The notes: generated by a model from the sequence alone, not told the origin. Counted from the stretch's first letter, positions 35,194 through 44,890 are shown. The stretch: 52,487 nucleotides of DNA from an uncultured Gammaproteobacteria bacterium (GCA_964507055.1 CAZDOJ010000002.1:66716-119202), one strand, 5' to 3'. Translations and numbers: made by a program.

Positions 35194-35631
35194 ATGTTTG
35201 CTATCTTACTCGTATTATTAATTATTGCAGTTATCGTTGAGGGGAGCATTATTTCTATTCCTCTGACACTTATCACACTTTTGTGTATAACGATCATTAG
35301 ACGTGATACATCTGTTTTTATCGTAGCTTTTCTTGCAGGAATTTTCCTTGATATTTTTGCTCTACGACAAATCGGTGGGACAAGTATTTTCTTTATAACT
35401 TTTGTTTTTCTTATTTTGCTGTATCAACGCAAATATGAGATTTATTCATACCCATTTGTACTTGCTGGATCATTTATCGGAGCGACACTCTTTTTATCTG
35501 TCTTTAGATATGCTAATGTACTACCGCAGGCGGGAATAAGTGTCATCGTCGCATTTTTCCTCTTTGCCTGCATCCGGTTGTTTGCTAAGTATCAAGATAG
35601 CAGACCAACAACACTACATTATCATTCATAA
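35194..35631 (+). CDS. mreD: Rod-shape-determining protein MreD (small polytopic membrane protein)
   Basis: 145 aa with 4-5 TM helices, located between mreC and PBP2. Confidence 0.6.
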   Translation: MFAILLVLLIIAVIVEGSIISIPLTLITLLCITIIRRDTSVFIVAFLAGIFLDIFALRQIGGTSIFFITFVFLILLYQRKYEIYSYPFVLAGSFIGATLFLSVFRYANVLPQAGISVIVAFFLFACIRLFAKYQDSRPTTLHYHS

Positions 35632-35634
35632 TCT

Positions 35635-37443
35635 ATGAAACACGGATTTGCATTTGGTGACCACATAAAAACAGAGAAATTAAAAAAGCGGAAGTATGAT
35701 GAAAATCCGAAACCGTTAACAATCCGATGGTATATGTTTCCTGTCGCAATGGTTATTGTAGGGGGGACATTACTTTTTAATTTATTCTTTGTACAGATAA
35801 TTCAAGGAGATTATTATCAAAAACTATCTGATTCTAATCGTATTCGTACGCAAACCATTCACGCACCTCGCGGAGTGATCTTTGACAGAAATGGCAATCC
35901 GCTTGTCTACAACACACCAGGTTTTCGGCTAAGTAAAAATTGTGTTCCTGAATCAGATAAAGAATGTGAAACTTCCCATATCAGTCAAGAACAAGCACTT
36001 AAAATCTTAGCAAAAGGAACTCAGGGACTTGAAGTTGATTCATTGCGTGAGTACCGATACAAAGAAGCGACAAGTCATATCCTCGGATATATCGGTCCAA
36101 TCTCAGAAGAGGAATTAAAAAGTGATGAATATTCAGGGTATCTTGGAAATGATTGGGTGGGGAAAAGCGGTATAGAAAAACAATATGAGCAACAATTGCG
36201 TGGGGTTGATGGTAAACAATTGGTTGAAGTTGATGCACTCGGCAAATCTGTCCGATCTCTTGGTCAAACCGATCCAATTCCGGGTCAGGACATAACATTA
36301 ACGATTGATATGAAAGTCCAAGAGGCCGCATATAAAGCTGCGAAAGATGTAAAAAAAGGTGCGATTGTCGTTTCAAAACCTGATGGTGAAATCCTGGCAA
36401 TGGTTTCCAAGCCTTCCTTTGATCCAAATTTATTTACTTTGGATGATTCGTATAAAGCATCAACAGAAAGTGGCTATACAACGGTTTCTTCATTACTCAC
36501 AGATGGTGAAAATCAACCGCTTCTTAACAGACCTGTCGAAGGTGTGTATCCTCCAGCATCCACATTTAAGATTATCACTTCGGCTGCAGGACTTGAGAAT
36601 AAAGTCATTGATAAGGATTTCCGCATGAAAGATACTGGTGTTCTGACGATCGGTGAATTCTCTTACGCCAATTGGTATTTCACACAATATGGGAAAACAG
36701 AACCTGGTGAGATGGATGTGCAAGTCGCGTTAGCTCGTTCAAATGATATTTTTTATTACAAACTAGCTGAGATGGTTACTATTGAAAAGCTTGCAGATAT
36801 GGCCAAACAATTTGGTGTCGGGCGACAGTTAGGGATTGATCTAGGTGGGGAAGTAAAAGGAGTTTTGCCAACAAAAGATTGGAAGCAGAAAAATATTGGA
36901 GAGAGTTGGTATTTGGGTGATACGTATCACTATGGAATTGGACAAGGTTTCCTGCTAGCAACGCCATTGCAGGTCAATACATGGGCACAGATCATTGCTA
37001 ATGGTGGGACGTTATATCAACCAAGATTTCTCAAAAATGGTACTTCCAATGCTTTAGGTCAAGACTTTTTATCTGATGAAACAGTTAATCTGATTCGTGG
37101 TGGTATGGTTAAAAGTTGTTCAGAAGGAGGCGTTGCATATCCACTGTATAACTATACGGTTAAAAATCCTGATCTAAAGATTGATGGCAAGAACTATTTG
37201 GAAGCCAAAGTCGCTTCAGGATCTGCTGAGAAAAATGACTATCGTACGATTCCAGTTGCTTGTAAAACTGGAACAGGCCAACACGGCGGAGAAGAAACTT
37301 TACCTCATGCATGGATTACTTTATTCGCTCCTGCGTATAACCCTGAAGTTGTCGTAACTGTTTTAGTTGATTCTGGTGGAGAAGGTTCAAGTGTTGCTGC
37401 ACCAATTGCCAAACAGGTTCTTGATGCGTATTTTCAAAAGTAA
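35635..37443 (+). CDS. mrdA: Penicillin-binding protein 2 (class B transpeptidase)
   Basis: N-terminal TM helix and the PBP dimerisation-domain pattern. Catalytic motifs STFK (PPASTFKIITS), SxN (ARSNDIFY) and KTGT (CKTGTGQ). Confidence 0.9.
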   Translation: MKHGFAFGDHIKTEKLKKRKYDENPKPLTIRWYMFPVAMVIVGGTLLFNLFFVQIIQGDYYQKLSDSNRIRTQTIHAPRGVIFDRNGNPLVYNTPGFRLSKNCVPESDKECETSHISQEQALKILAKGTQGLEVDSLREYRYKEATSHILGYIGPISEEELKSDEYSGYLGNDWVGKSGIEKQYEQQLRGVDGKQLVEVDALGKSVRSLGQTDPIPGQDITLTIDMKVQEAAYKAAKDVKKGAIVVSKPDGEILAMVSKPSFDPNLFTLDDSYKASTESGYTTVSSLLTDGENQPLLNRPVEGVYPPASTFKIITSAAGLENKVIDKDFRMKDTGVLTIGEFSYANWYFTQYGKTEPGEMDVQVALARSNDIFYYKLAEMVTIEKLADMAKQFGVGRQLGIDLGGEVKGVLPTKDWKQKNIGESWYLGDTYHYGIGQGFLLATPLQVNTWAQIIANGGTLYQPRFLKNGTSNALGQDFLSDETVNLIRGGMVKSCSEGGVAYPLYNYTVKNPDLKIDGKNYLEAKVASGSAEKNDYRTIPVACKTGTGQHGGEETLPHAWITLFAPAYNPEVVVTVLVDSGGEGSSVAAPIAKQVLDAYFQK

Positions 37444-37447
37444 CACG

Positions 37448-37687
37448 TTATGCAGGTTGGTCTGGTAGATCAGGTGAGAAATGCTCAAAAATTGTAATAG
37501 GTATAGTGTTTCGAATAAGTTCTAACTTTGGAGGCAATCCTTGTTGTTCAAAGGGTATGTGGAGTACTTGTCGGCCGTGCATATTCAGTGCTTCATCTGG
37601 CGTAATTTCACGAATTATTCTTTTAGCAGCAAAATTGACATGAATAACGGTTCTATCTGTCTGAGGTAAACGTCCTGATTCTGTCAT
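37448..37687 (-). CDS. Hypothetical small protein (79 aa)
   Basis: ORF only. Tandem with 37694..38044 on the same strand. Confidence 0.35.
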   Translation of the reverse strand: MTESGRLPQTDRTVIHVNFAAKRIIREITPDEALNMHGRQVLHIPFEQQGLPPKLELIRNTIPITIFEHFSPDLPDQPA

Positions 37688-37693
37688 TAGTTA

Positions 37694-38044
37694 CTATCTT
37701 TGTTGCTTTAACCATTCATCATAAACGTCTTCATCGTATTGATTTTGTTCTGGTTGCTGCGGAACTGGTTTCGCTTCTTCAGCTCTTTGTGCTTGTATTT
37801 GTTTAAGTCGTTCTTCAAGAGAGCCAATTGCAACTTTATTTTCTTCTTGGTTTACTTGAGGTAGATGCGTTGAGTTATCAAGCTTTACAACAGCATGAAT
37901 ATCTCCCTCCGGAATTTCCTCTCCTTCGCCATGTTGTTTTTGTGCTCGTCCTCGAGCTAAATCATGCCATGATCTCCCTTGTTGTGCTTCTTGTTTGGTG
38001 ACGTTCAGTACGGAATGATTATTTACTTGGTATTTACTTGCCAT
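37694..38044 (-). CDS. Hypothetical hydrophilic protein (116 aa)
   Basis: ORF only. Charged, Gln/Glu-rich C-terminal half. Confidence 0.4.
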   Translation of the reverse strand: MASKYQVNNHSVLNVTKQEAQQGRSWHDLARGRAQKQHGEGEEIPEGDIHAVVKLDNSTHLPQVNQEENKVAIGSLEERLKQIQAQRAEEAKPVPQQPEQNQYDEDVYDEWLKQQR

Positions 38045-38116
38045 AAGGTTATTGTAGCAAATCTTCTTAAGGGATACTATTTACAAATATATACTATTTA
38101 TATTATACATAAGTAT

Positions 38117-39208
38117 ATGAAAGAAAGATTTTATTGGTTGGGATTTTCGTTTTTCCATGGCATCGGTCCTGTAAAATTTCAACTGTTACTTGAAACATTT
38201 TGGAACGCAGAAAATGCATGGAATGCTACGGAATTAGAACTGCTTCATAGTGGCATTGGACAAAAGGTAACGAAAGATTTTTTGGAGTTTCGAAAGAAGT
38301 TTGATCTCGAAAGATATGCAGAGCGGCTTGCAAAAAATAATGTTTCTTATATAACGCTTCATGAACAATCGTATCCTTCGTTGCTTGCACGAAGTATAAA
38401 TCCACCTTTTGTTCTTTATACTAAAGGGGATAAAGAACTTTTAGTACACTCCGATAAACCATTCATAGCAGTCGTTGGGACACGGAAAGTAACAGACTAC
38501 GGAAGAAAAATCACAGAAACACTTGCCGCGGATATCTCCTCAGCAGGATGTGTTATCGTCTCTGGTTTGGCAATGGGTGTAGATGCTATTGCTCATGCCT
38601 CAACGGTTTCCTCAGGTGGCAAAACAATTGCAGTGCTTGGTTGTGGCGTAGATTGTTGTACTCCAAAAGAAAACCAACGATTATATGAAGCTATTATTGC
38701 AAGTGGTGGCATCATTGTGTCGGAAGCACCATTAGGACAACTCTCTTTTAAAGGGTCATTCCCATCACGAAATAGGATTATTGCAGGATTAAGCCATGGA
38801 GTAGTTGTCACAGAAGGTGCAGAGGATAGTGGGAGTTTGATTACGGCAAATGATGCATTGAAGAACGAACGAAAAGTTTTTGCTGTTCCTGGACCTATTG
38901 ATTCCACAGTTTCCAAAGGTCCTAATACACTTATCAGTAGAGGAGCAAGGATCGTTACATCCGCTCAAGATATCCTGGACGAATTTTCGGTTGCATCATT
39001 GATACAAAGAAATGTGAAAGTATTTGTAGGTGAATCTCCTGAAGAACAGGCAGTGCTTGATTTACTTAAAATAGAGAATTTAGGTTTTGATGAACTTCTT
39101 AAGCGAACTGGTTTTGTCTCTCCATCTTTAGGAATAACCCTATCTCTTATGGAGATGAAAGGTATGATTCGCACATTGGATACTGGAGTGTTCTGTTTAG
39201 CCTCGTAA
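38117..39208 (+). CDS. dprA: DNA-processing protein DprA (Smf)
   Basis: IAVVGTRKVTDYGRK, VSGLAMGVDAIAH and the Rossmann-like core, plus a C-terminal wHTH-like tail. Start set at the ATG at 38117 (MKERFYWLGF); the upstream part of the ORF-track entry overlaps the divergent gene. Confidence 0.9.
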   Translation: MKERFYWLGFSFFHGIGPVKFQLLLETFWNAENAWNATELELLHSGIGQKVTKDFLEFRKKFDLERYAERLAKNNVSYITLHEQSYPSLLARSINPPFVLYTKGDKELLVHSDKPFIAVVGTRKVTDYGRKITETLAADISSAGCVIVSGLAMGVDAIAHASTVSSGGKTIAVLGCGVDCCTPKENQRLYEAIIASGGIIVSEAPLGQLSFKGSFPSRNRIIAGLSHGVVVTEGAEDSGSLITANDALKNERKVFAVPGPIDSTVSKGPNTLISRGARIVTSAQDILDEFSVASLIQRNVKVFVGESPEEQAVLDLLKIENLGFDELLKRTGFVSPSLGITLSLMEMKGMIRTLDTGVFCLAS

Positions 39209-39211
39209 GTC

Positions 39212-39240
39212 TTGTTGAGATGACTAAAATATGGTATTAT
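39212..39240 (+). promoter_or_regulatory. Candidate promoter with extended -10
   Basis: TTGTTG (39212-39217), 17-nt spacer, TG-g-TATTAT (39232-39240). Confidence 0.45.
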
Positions 39241-39246
39241 AAGACT

Positions 39247-39413
39247 AATCAAGAGTGATGGCTATGGAGAATTGGCTCCTATAACCCATCCAGCAACCGA
39301 GTCTAAGATTACGGTGCTACACCCAACCCGAAGGGAAGGATTTGTCCGGAGAACTTATTCGAAGGAAAATTTTTTTTGTTTTAAACTCCCTCAATAGGGA
39401 GTTTTTTTGTTTT
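39247..39413 (+). promoter_or_regulatory. Structured ~165-nt leader RNA (riboswitch/attenuator candidate, class not identified)
   Basis: Nested hairpin GATGG-CTAT-GGAG-aattgg-CTCC-TATAAC-CCATC (about 39257-39290), small hairpin GGTG-cta-CACC, repeated CGAAGG(G/A)AA units, a T8 run (39370-39377) and a canonical terminator ending 4 nt before the ATG. Confidence 0.45.
39383..39410 (+). terminator. Intrinsic terminator inside the leader, immediately upstream of the start codon at 39414
   Basis: AAACTCCCT-caat-AGGGAGTTT followed by TTTTGTTTT. 9-bp stem, 4-nt loop. Confidence 0.75.
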
Positions 39414-40931
39414 ATGACTGAACGATATAGACCATCACGAAATGCAACATTACAGGAACATTTAGGATCTCCTAACGGAGAGCGTTATGCTGTGAGTGCA
39501 GGTCATCATTGCACAGATAAATTATTACCAAGTGGAGATGCTGAAACAAGAAAATATGTTGAAGAATATTATGCATCCCGAGGTTTGCATTGGTTAAAAC
39601 CCGCAGCTGAACATAGATCTGGCGAGAAAAGAACGAGAACAGGATTAATTGTCGCAACATCAAATCAAGATGTAAGCGATGCTGTTGCTGGACAGATTGA
39701 TTATTTACGAGAACTTAGTGGACAACCCTTGGAATCATTTAGCCCTGCTGATATTCAAAGAACTGTTGATGAAGGTGCGAGAACACTCGTTACACCTTAT
39801 CTAAATCCAACTTCTCAGGAGAAGTTTTTGCAAGATCTAGGCACTGAAATTTTTGGGTTGCCTGGGATGATGACAGATGCACTCAATAATAAAGCAGAAT
39901 CGCATGCTCTTGTAGAAGAATTTGGTTCTGATATTTTTAAAGTTGTAGAACATAGTGTTGTTGAATCACATGAAATTGGTAGAGTAGGAAATCAATTCCT
40001 TATGGAGATAGTCGATGATTACCAAGAGAAAGGCTTGCTTGATGCATATCATAAAGCAGATTCGATTGGACTGGTTCTTAGAGCTGCTGATTCAGATGGC
40101 GGATACGGCAATTGTATTGTTCGGCTTGTTGGGGATATCTGGACAGTTGATGCGTTTCCTGATGAGCAGTTTTCCAGTTCGCATGAGGCGTTATCTAAAG
40201 CCGAAGATTTCTTTGGGAAAATGAATACCTCTGTTGAATCAAGAATTCTTATGAGTCGACTCATCGATGAAGAAGAAGCACCAGGATTAAGTGTGGTCGT
40301 TTCAAATGGACATGTTATGTCCCTTGATTGGAATGGACAGATTAAAGATCGAGACGCATCTTGTGTCGGTACGAGTAGGTATATTCCAAAAAACGAACAT
40401 TGCGAAGCATTGTATGAAGAATTCAAAGACAGTATTGTAGAGCAATATGGTGAATTTCTACAATTTGTCGCAGATAAACAAGGAATTTCATTTAATGACA
40501 TTCGGGCAATTACCAATGTAGATTTGATGATGCCTTCGCCATTAGAAGTAGAGTATCAGAGATTAAGTGGTCAAAAGCCTCATCCACTTATTGCTGAATT
40601 TAATGGACGTTTGACTGAATATACTGATGCAGTTATTGGAGGAGCTCATTTCAATGAAGAAGAGCACACACCTCAAGGACTTATTAATACTGTCGATGGG
40701 GGAGTTCATACATATCTTCGTTATTCAACGCAAGGTGCTGATACAAGAGATGTTCGAGCTGCTTTGGGAGAAGTATATAAAGATACTGAAGTACGGAATG
40801 ATGGATTGGTAGTAGTTCGTGTGGCTCCTGAATTACCACATACAGATATGGGAATTATTATTTATGGAAATAAAGACAAGGGACTTCAAACACTGAATAA
40901 AACGATAACAAAAGTTTCTGGAGTTAAATAA
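39414..40931 (+). CDS. ATP-grasp-like enzyme (hypothetical)
   Basis: Pattern by eye: NNKAESHALVEEFG (like the DK...l...G entry to the central domain), LRAADSDGGYGNCIV (KP..g.gg.G-like strand), NVDLMM and IAEFNGRLT (E-x-N Mg-binding-like). Start set at MTERY (39414) because the upstream ORF-track extension runs through the terminator. No SD visible. Confidence 0.45.
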   Translation: MTERYRPSRNATLQEHLGSPNGERYAVSAGHHCTDKLLPSGDAETRKYVEEYYASRGLHWLKPAAEHRSGEKRTRTGLIVATSNQDVSDAVAGQIDYLRELSGQPLESFSPADIQRTVDEGARTLVTPYLNPTSQEKFLQDLGTEIFGLPGMMTDALNNKAESHALVEEFGSDIFKVVEHSVVESHEIGRVGNQFLMEIVDDYQEKGLLDAYHKADSIGLVLRAADSDGGYGNCIVRLVGDIWTVDAFPDEQFSSSHEALSKAEDFFGKMNTSVESRILMSRLIDEEEAPGLSVVVSNGHVMSLDWNGQIKDRDASCVGTSRYIPKNEHCEALYEEFKDSIVEQYGEFLQFVADKQGISFNDIRAITNVDLMMPSPLEVEYQRLSGQKPHPLIAEFNGRLTEYTDAVIGGAHFNEEEHTPQGLINTVDGGVHTYLRYSTQGADTRDVRAALGEVYKDTEVRNDGLVVVRVAPELPHTDMGIIIYGNKDKGLQTLNKTITKVSGVK

Positions 40932-41927
40932 TTATTTACTATACATGTGCACCCAATCCACTTCCATCTTTGCTGGACTCACTGGTGTTTGTCCCGTTAA
41001 ATTATCTAATTGAATTGTCTGGTGCATCGAAACATTTGGATTGGATCCATTACCACCTGTTTCATAAATCTGTTGTCCATCAACGAATCCCTTGAACCCA
41101 GTTGCTGTCCATTCGAATCCATACACATGCCATTGGCTTACATCAACATTGTGCGTTGTATGATAGCAATTTGCTGAGGGATTTCCCACACAATGGAGGA
41201 AGACTCCCATACCTTCGCCAATATCACTCTCAAAGTAATCCAGTTCACCATCTGCCCAAACATCGGTATCCGGCCAAAGAATGAGCACAGGATGAGGAGC
41301 AGATCCACCAGAGCCTGTAGAATATGCACGCATTTTTACTTCCCAGAATCCGTATTTTTGGGCGAAATTGGATGTCATACCACATGTTGCTCCGTCCGTA
41401 TTTTGCGTTTGTACGAGTATGCCACCTCCAACGGTGCATTGTTCTTGTTTTCGTCCAGCACCAACTACTGTATCTCCACCACCACCATTGTATGCAGACC
41501 AACCACTGGGAATAGTTGTACCGTTAAAATCTTCACACTTTGTCAGTCGGTATCCTGTGAGAGGAGCAGTAGGTGAACTTGCCGAGCTTTCGCAAGTGGG
41601 TGTGGTTGTATCTCCACTTTGTGTTGGAGGCATTGACGTTGTTGGTGAAGGTCTTTTCGTAGGAATCGGAGTTGGTAATCCAGTTACCCCTCCGAAAGTT
41701 TGTAGCTGTAAATTAGGTTTTGCAGTCTCACCATCATGCGGGATAATGGTAACGATTGCTTGATCGAGATTCTTGACGCTTTGTTCAGGTAATCCTGATC
41801 CTGCAAGAAGGAATCCAATGACTACAGCCCCTGTTAATATCACAAGGTACAGAACACTTGTTCCCGCATAGCCTTTTTGAAGAGGTTTTCCCCTTGGGTT
41901 CTTTGTAGATTTTTTTCTTGCTGGCAT
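40932..41927 (-). CDS. Membrane-anchored glycoside hydrolase family 16-like (concanavalin-like beta-glucanase fold)
   Basis: N-terminal TM helix, a Pro/Thr linker, then GELDYFESD, which matches the GH16 E-x-D-x-x-E catalytic signature. Spot count about 45% GC. Confidence 0.5.
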   Translation of the reverse strand: MPARKKSTKNPRGKPLQKGYAGTSVLYLVILTGAVVIGFLLAGSGLPEQSVKNLDQAIVTIIPHDGETAKPNLQLQTFGGVTGLPTPIPTKRPSPTTSMPPTQSGDTTTPTCESSASSPTAPLTGYRLTKCEDFNGTTIPSGWSAYNGGGGDTVVGAGRKQEQCTVGGGILVQTQNTDGATCGMTSNFAQKYGFWEVKMRAYSTGSGGSAPHPVLILWPDTDVWADGELDYFESDIGEGMGVFLHCVGNPSANCYHTTHNVDVSQWHVYGFEWTATGFKGFVDGQQIYETGGNGSNPNVSMHQTIQLDNLTGQTPVSPAKMEVDWVHMYSK

Positions 41928-42074
41928 GGAGATATAACTATACTATTTATAATAGAGGAAACGCTTGCAGTGGTCAATTTAAAGAGAAAAAATTGCTTTT
42001 CCACTTGACAGTATATGTATAATGTAGATTAGAATAGGTTCTTGCAGACAGATATTTGCAAGCAGAAAAACAAT

Positions 42075-44171
42075 ATGAAAAATTTAGTAATCGTTGAATC
42101 ACCAACAAAAGCCAAGACAATAAGCAAATTCCTTGGAAAAGATTATGACATCAAATTTTCAATGGGGCACATCATGGATTTGCCGAAAAGTAAGCTCGGA
42201 ATCGATGTCGAAAACGGATTTGCTCCACAATATGAAATGATTGCTGATAAGAAAAAACTTATCAGTGAATTGCGTGCTGCTGCAAAAGGTGCTGATGCGG
42301 TTATTCTCGCAACCGACCCTGACCGTGAAGGTGAAGCCATTTCAGCGAATATTCAAGAGATGCTTAGTGAAGGAAAAAATAAAATTGCCAAAGATAAATT
42401 TAGTCGTATTGTTTTTCATGAAATTACTGAAACTGCTATCAAAGAAGCTTTAGGCCATCCTCGTAAAGTAGATACAAATCTTGTTGATGCCCAAACAGCT
42501 CGTCGTGTTTTGGATCGGTTGGTGGGATATCAAATTTCTCCAGTTCTTTGGAAAAAAGTCCGAAGAGGACTTTCTGCTGGTCGCGTTCAAAGTGTTGCAT
42601 TACGTTTATTAGTTGAACGCGAGCGGGAAATTGGAACTTTCTCTAAACAAAATTACTGGACACTGCATACGATTCTCGAAAAGAAAGACGAAACAAAAAA
42701 ACCTACAGAATTTGAACTTATCGAAGTAAACGGTCAACGTATTGAGAAAAAAGAGACATTTTCTTTATATGATGGCGATTACACCGTTACCAAAACAACT
42801 GTTGATACACAACTAAAAGCTGATGCAATTGTTGCTGATTTGACGACTTCTTCGTATACCGTTGCTGATGTAAATCAGCGAGAAATGAAGCGTAGTCCAT
42901 ATCCACCATTTACAACATCTACCCTTCAGCAGGAAGCGTCTCGTCGATTTGGATTTTCAGGAAAACGTACAATGAGCCTTGCGCAAAAGCTCTATGAAGA
43001 GGGTGTCATTACATATCATAGAACTGATTCTGTCACACTTTCTCCGCAAGCCATTAGTCAAATGCGTGCATTCATTGAAAAGGAACATGGTGTGAAATAT
43101 GTTTCAAAGGAACCACGTACATACACTGCAAAACAGAAGTTAGCACAAGAAGCACATGAAGGTATCCGTCCAACGAAAGTTTCAGTACAGTTCACTGAAG
43201 TCGCACAGGGAATAGGGCCAGATTATGCCAAATTGTATGATCTGATCTGGCGTCGTGCTGTCGCCTCACAAATGGCAGATGCGTTGATCGAATCAACCAC
43301 CGTGTATGTTGATGCAAAGGGAAGTAGTGCGTATCGTTTGAAAGCTTCTGGTTCTGTCCTTGCTTTTGATGGATTCCTGAAACTAAATCCTCAAGCATTG
43401 AAAGATACCGTGTTACCAAGTTTCATTGTTAATGAATCGTTGAATCTTCAAGACGCACGAGCAGATCAGCATGAAACAATGCCACCGCCGCGATACAATG
43501 ATGCATCTTTAATCGGAACACTTGAAGAAAAAGGGATTGGTCGTCCATCAACCTATGCATCAATTATTTCAACTATTATTGATCGTGGGTACGTCGAGCG
43601 TGTAGAAAAACGATTTGAGCCAACACCTGTTGGAATTGCTGTCACGGATTTCCTGGTTAAAAACTTCTCTACAATTGATGACGTCCCTTTTACTGCTGCG
43701 ATGGAAGATGAACTTGATGGAATTGCGAGTGGTTCAAAGAATTGGACTGCGATGATGAAAGACTTTTACACTCCATTTGAAAAGAAGATTGCTGAAGTTC
43801 AAGATGCGGAGCGTGTCAAGATTGCGACCGAAGAGACTGGCGAAAAATGCCCAACATGCGGCGAGCCTTTAGTGGTTCGTTTTGGCAAGTTTGGGAAATT
43901 CCTTTCTTGCAGTACTTTTCCTGAATGTAAATTTACCAAGCCCTTTGTTGAAGAAACAGACATACTTTGTCCAAAAGACGGTGGTAAAGTGATTGTTAAG
44001 AAAACACGAAAGGGACGTAAATTCTACGGTTGCTCAAATTATCCAAATTGTGATTTTGCAGCGTGGAAGTTAGAAGACATTAAAACAGTTGGTGCCGGGT
44101 TACCGCAAAAGAAAACTCCAGCAAAGAAAGCTCCAGCAAAAAAGGCTACCAAGAAATCTGCGACTGCGTAA
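42075..44171 (+). CDS. topA: DNA topoisomerase I
   Basis: Toprim N-terminus MKNLVIVESPTKAKTISKFLG, DPDREGE, the active-site region ITYHRTDS (Tyr) and C-terminal Cys4 zinc ribbons (CPTCGEPL...C..FPEC; CPKDGG...CSNYPNC) plus a Lys-rich tail. Confidence 0.95.
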   Translation: MKNLVIVESPTKAKTISKFLGKDYDIKFSMGHIMDLPKSKLGIDVENGFAPQYEMIADKKKLISELRAAAKGADAVILATDPDREGEAISANIQEMLSEGKNKIAKDKFSRIVFHEITETAIKEALGHPRKVDTNLVDAQTARRVLDRLVGYQISPVLWKKVRRGLSAGRVQSVALRLLVEREREIGTFSKQNYWTLHTILEKKDETKKPTEFELIEVNGQRIEKKETFSLYDGDYTVTKTTVDTQLKADAIVADLTTSSYTVADVNQREMKRSPYPPFTTSTLQQEASRRFGFSGKRTMSLAQKLYEEGVITYHRTDSVTLSPQAISQMRAFIEKEHGVKYVSKEPRTYTAKQKLAQEAHEGIRPTKVSVQFTEVAQGIGPDYAKLYDLIWRRAVASQMADALIESTTVYVDAKGSSAYRLKASGSVLAFDGFLKLNPQALKDTVLPSFIVNESLNLQDARADQHETMPPPRYNDASLIGTLEEKGIGRPSTYASIISTIIDRGYVERVEKRFEPTPVGIAVTDFLVKNFSTIDDVPFTAAMEDELDGIASGSKNWTAMMKDFYTPFEKKIAEVQDAERVKIATEETGEKCPTCGEPLVVRFGKFGKFLSCSTFPECKFTKPFVEETDILCPKDGGKVIVKKTRKGRKFYGCSNYPNCDFAAWKLEDIKTVGAGLPQKKTPAKKAPAKKATKKSATA

Positions 44172-44172
44172 G

Positions 44173-44889
44173 TTATTTACTGAATTGAAAACTCGACCCC
44201 ACTTGATCAATGCGTTCATCCATACCGACTGAAGTGATTTCAACGATGGTTGTGGTATCCGCTTGGCGATAGAAAAAGATATGCGGTGAGGACATCGTCC
44301 TTGTTGTCGCACCTTGGCACCCGCTTTGTCTCCAATATGAAACTTTTAGACCTTCATCTCCTTGAGCATTTGTGAACTTCTCACTTTGTGCTGGATCGTC
44401 TTCATAACATGAGTTGATAAGCGATCCTATCTCTGCAATTTTGGCGAGAGGAAATGCTTTGTAATAATCCGAAACTGTTCCCGCAGCTACACTAATGGAT
44501 GTATCCTGTACGCTAAAAATAGCACCTTCAGAAATGCCTTCGATAAGCGGCCGAGGAGTTGATTCCTGATTTATCGAAAAGTTCATTTCTTGTGGATACT
44601 TTAGACTAAATTTATACTTTGCATTTGTATACTCTTTCCAATTGCCGGTAAAATCTCTCGTGGGAAATGCCTGCGACTCAGAGGGTTTTGCAGCTGGAGA
44701 TTCATTATCTACTTCTATACTATTTGGTGTCATTAATGGTGTAACGAAAAGTACAGCCAATATGATGAAAATAAGTGCGATAAGAATATAAATCCAATTA
44801 AATTTCTTCGGTGGCAATGGAGTTTGGTTTAATGGTATTTGATTAGGTCTCGTTTCAGGTGGAATAGGTGTTTGATTTATACTGTCCAT
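44173..44889 (-). CDS. Hypothetical membrane-anchored extracytoplasmic protein
   Basis: Pro-rich N-terminus, one TM helix (WIYILIALIFIILAVLFV), then a soluble domain. Confidence 0.55.
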   Translation of the reverse strand: MDSINQTPIPPETRPNQIPLNQTPLPPKKFNWIYILIALIFIILAVLFVTPLMTPNSIEVDNESPAAKPSESQAFPTRDFTGNWKEYTNAKYKFSLKYPQEMNFSINQESTPRPLIEGISEGAIFSVQDTSISVAAGTVSDYYKAFPLAKIAEIGSLINSCYEDDPAQSEKFTNAQGDEGLKVSYWRQSGCQGATTRTMSSPHIFFYRQADTTTIVEITSVGMDERIDQVGSSFQFSK

Positions 44890-44890
44890 A

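Noticed and set aside
39247-39413. Assignment of the leader to a known riboswitch class (preQ1-I via GCTACACCC, fluoride via GATGG...ATAAC...CTAC, TPP via GGTGC...ACCC, SRP via GTCCGGAG)
   Set aside because: In each case only a short string matches. The required helices and other invariant motifs are absent (P1 around the preQ1 loop, AUGGnG plus the P3 hairpin for fluoride, CUGAGA for TPP, GCAGCC for SRP). The leader is reported as unassigned instead.
41102-41763. Five overlapping 60-131 aa ORFs on both strands
   Set aside because: They are embedded in the GH16-like gene (40932..41927, minus). Their products are low-complexity or Cys/His-rich nonsense, consistent with the locally higher GC.
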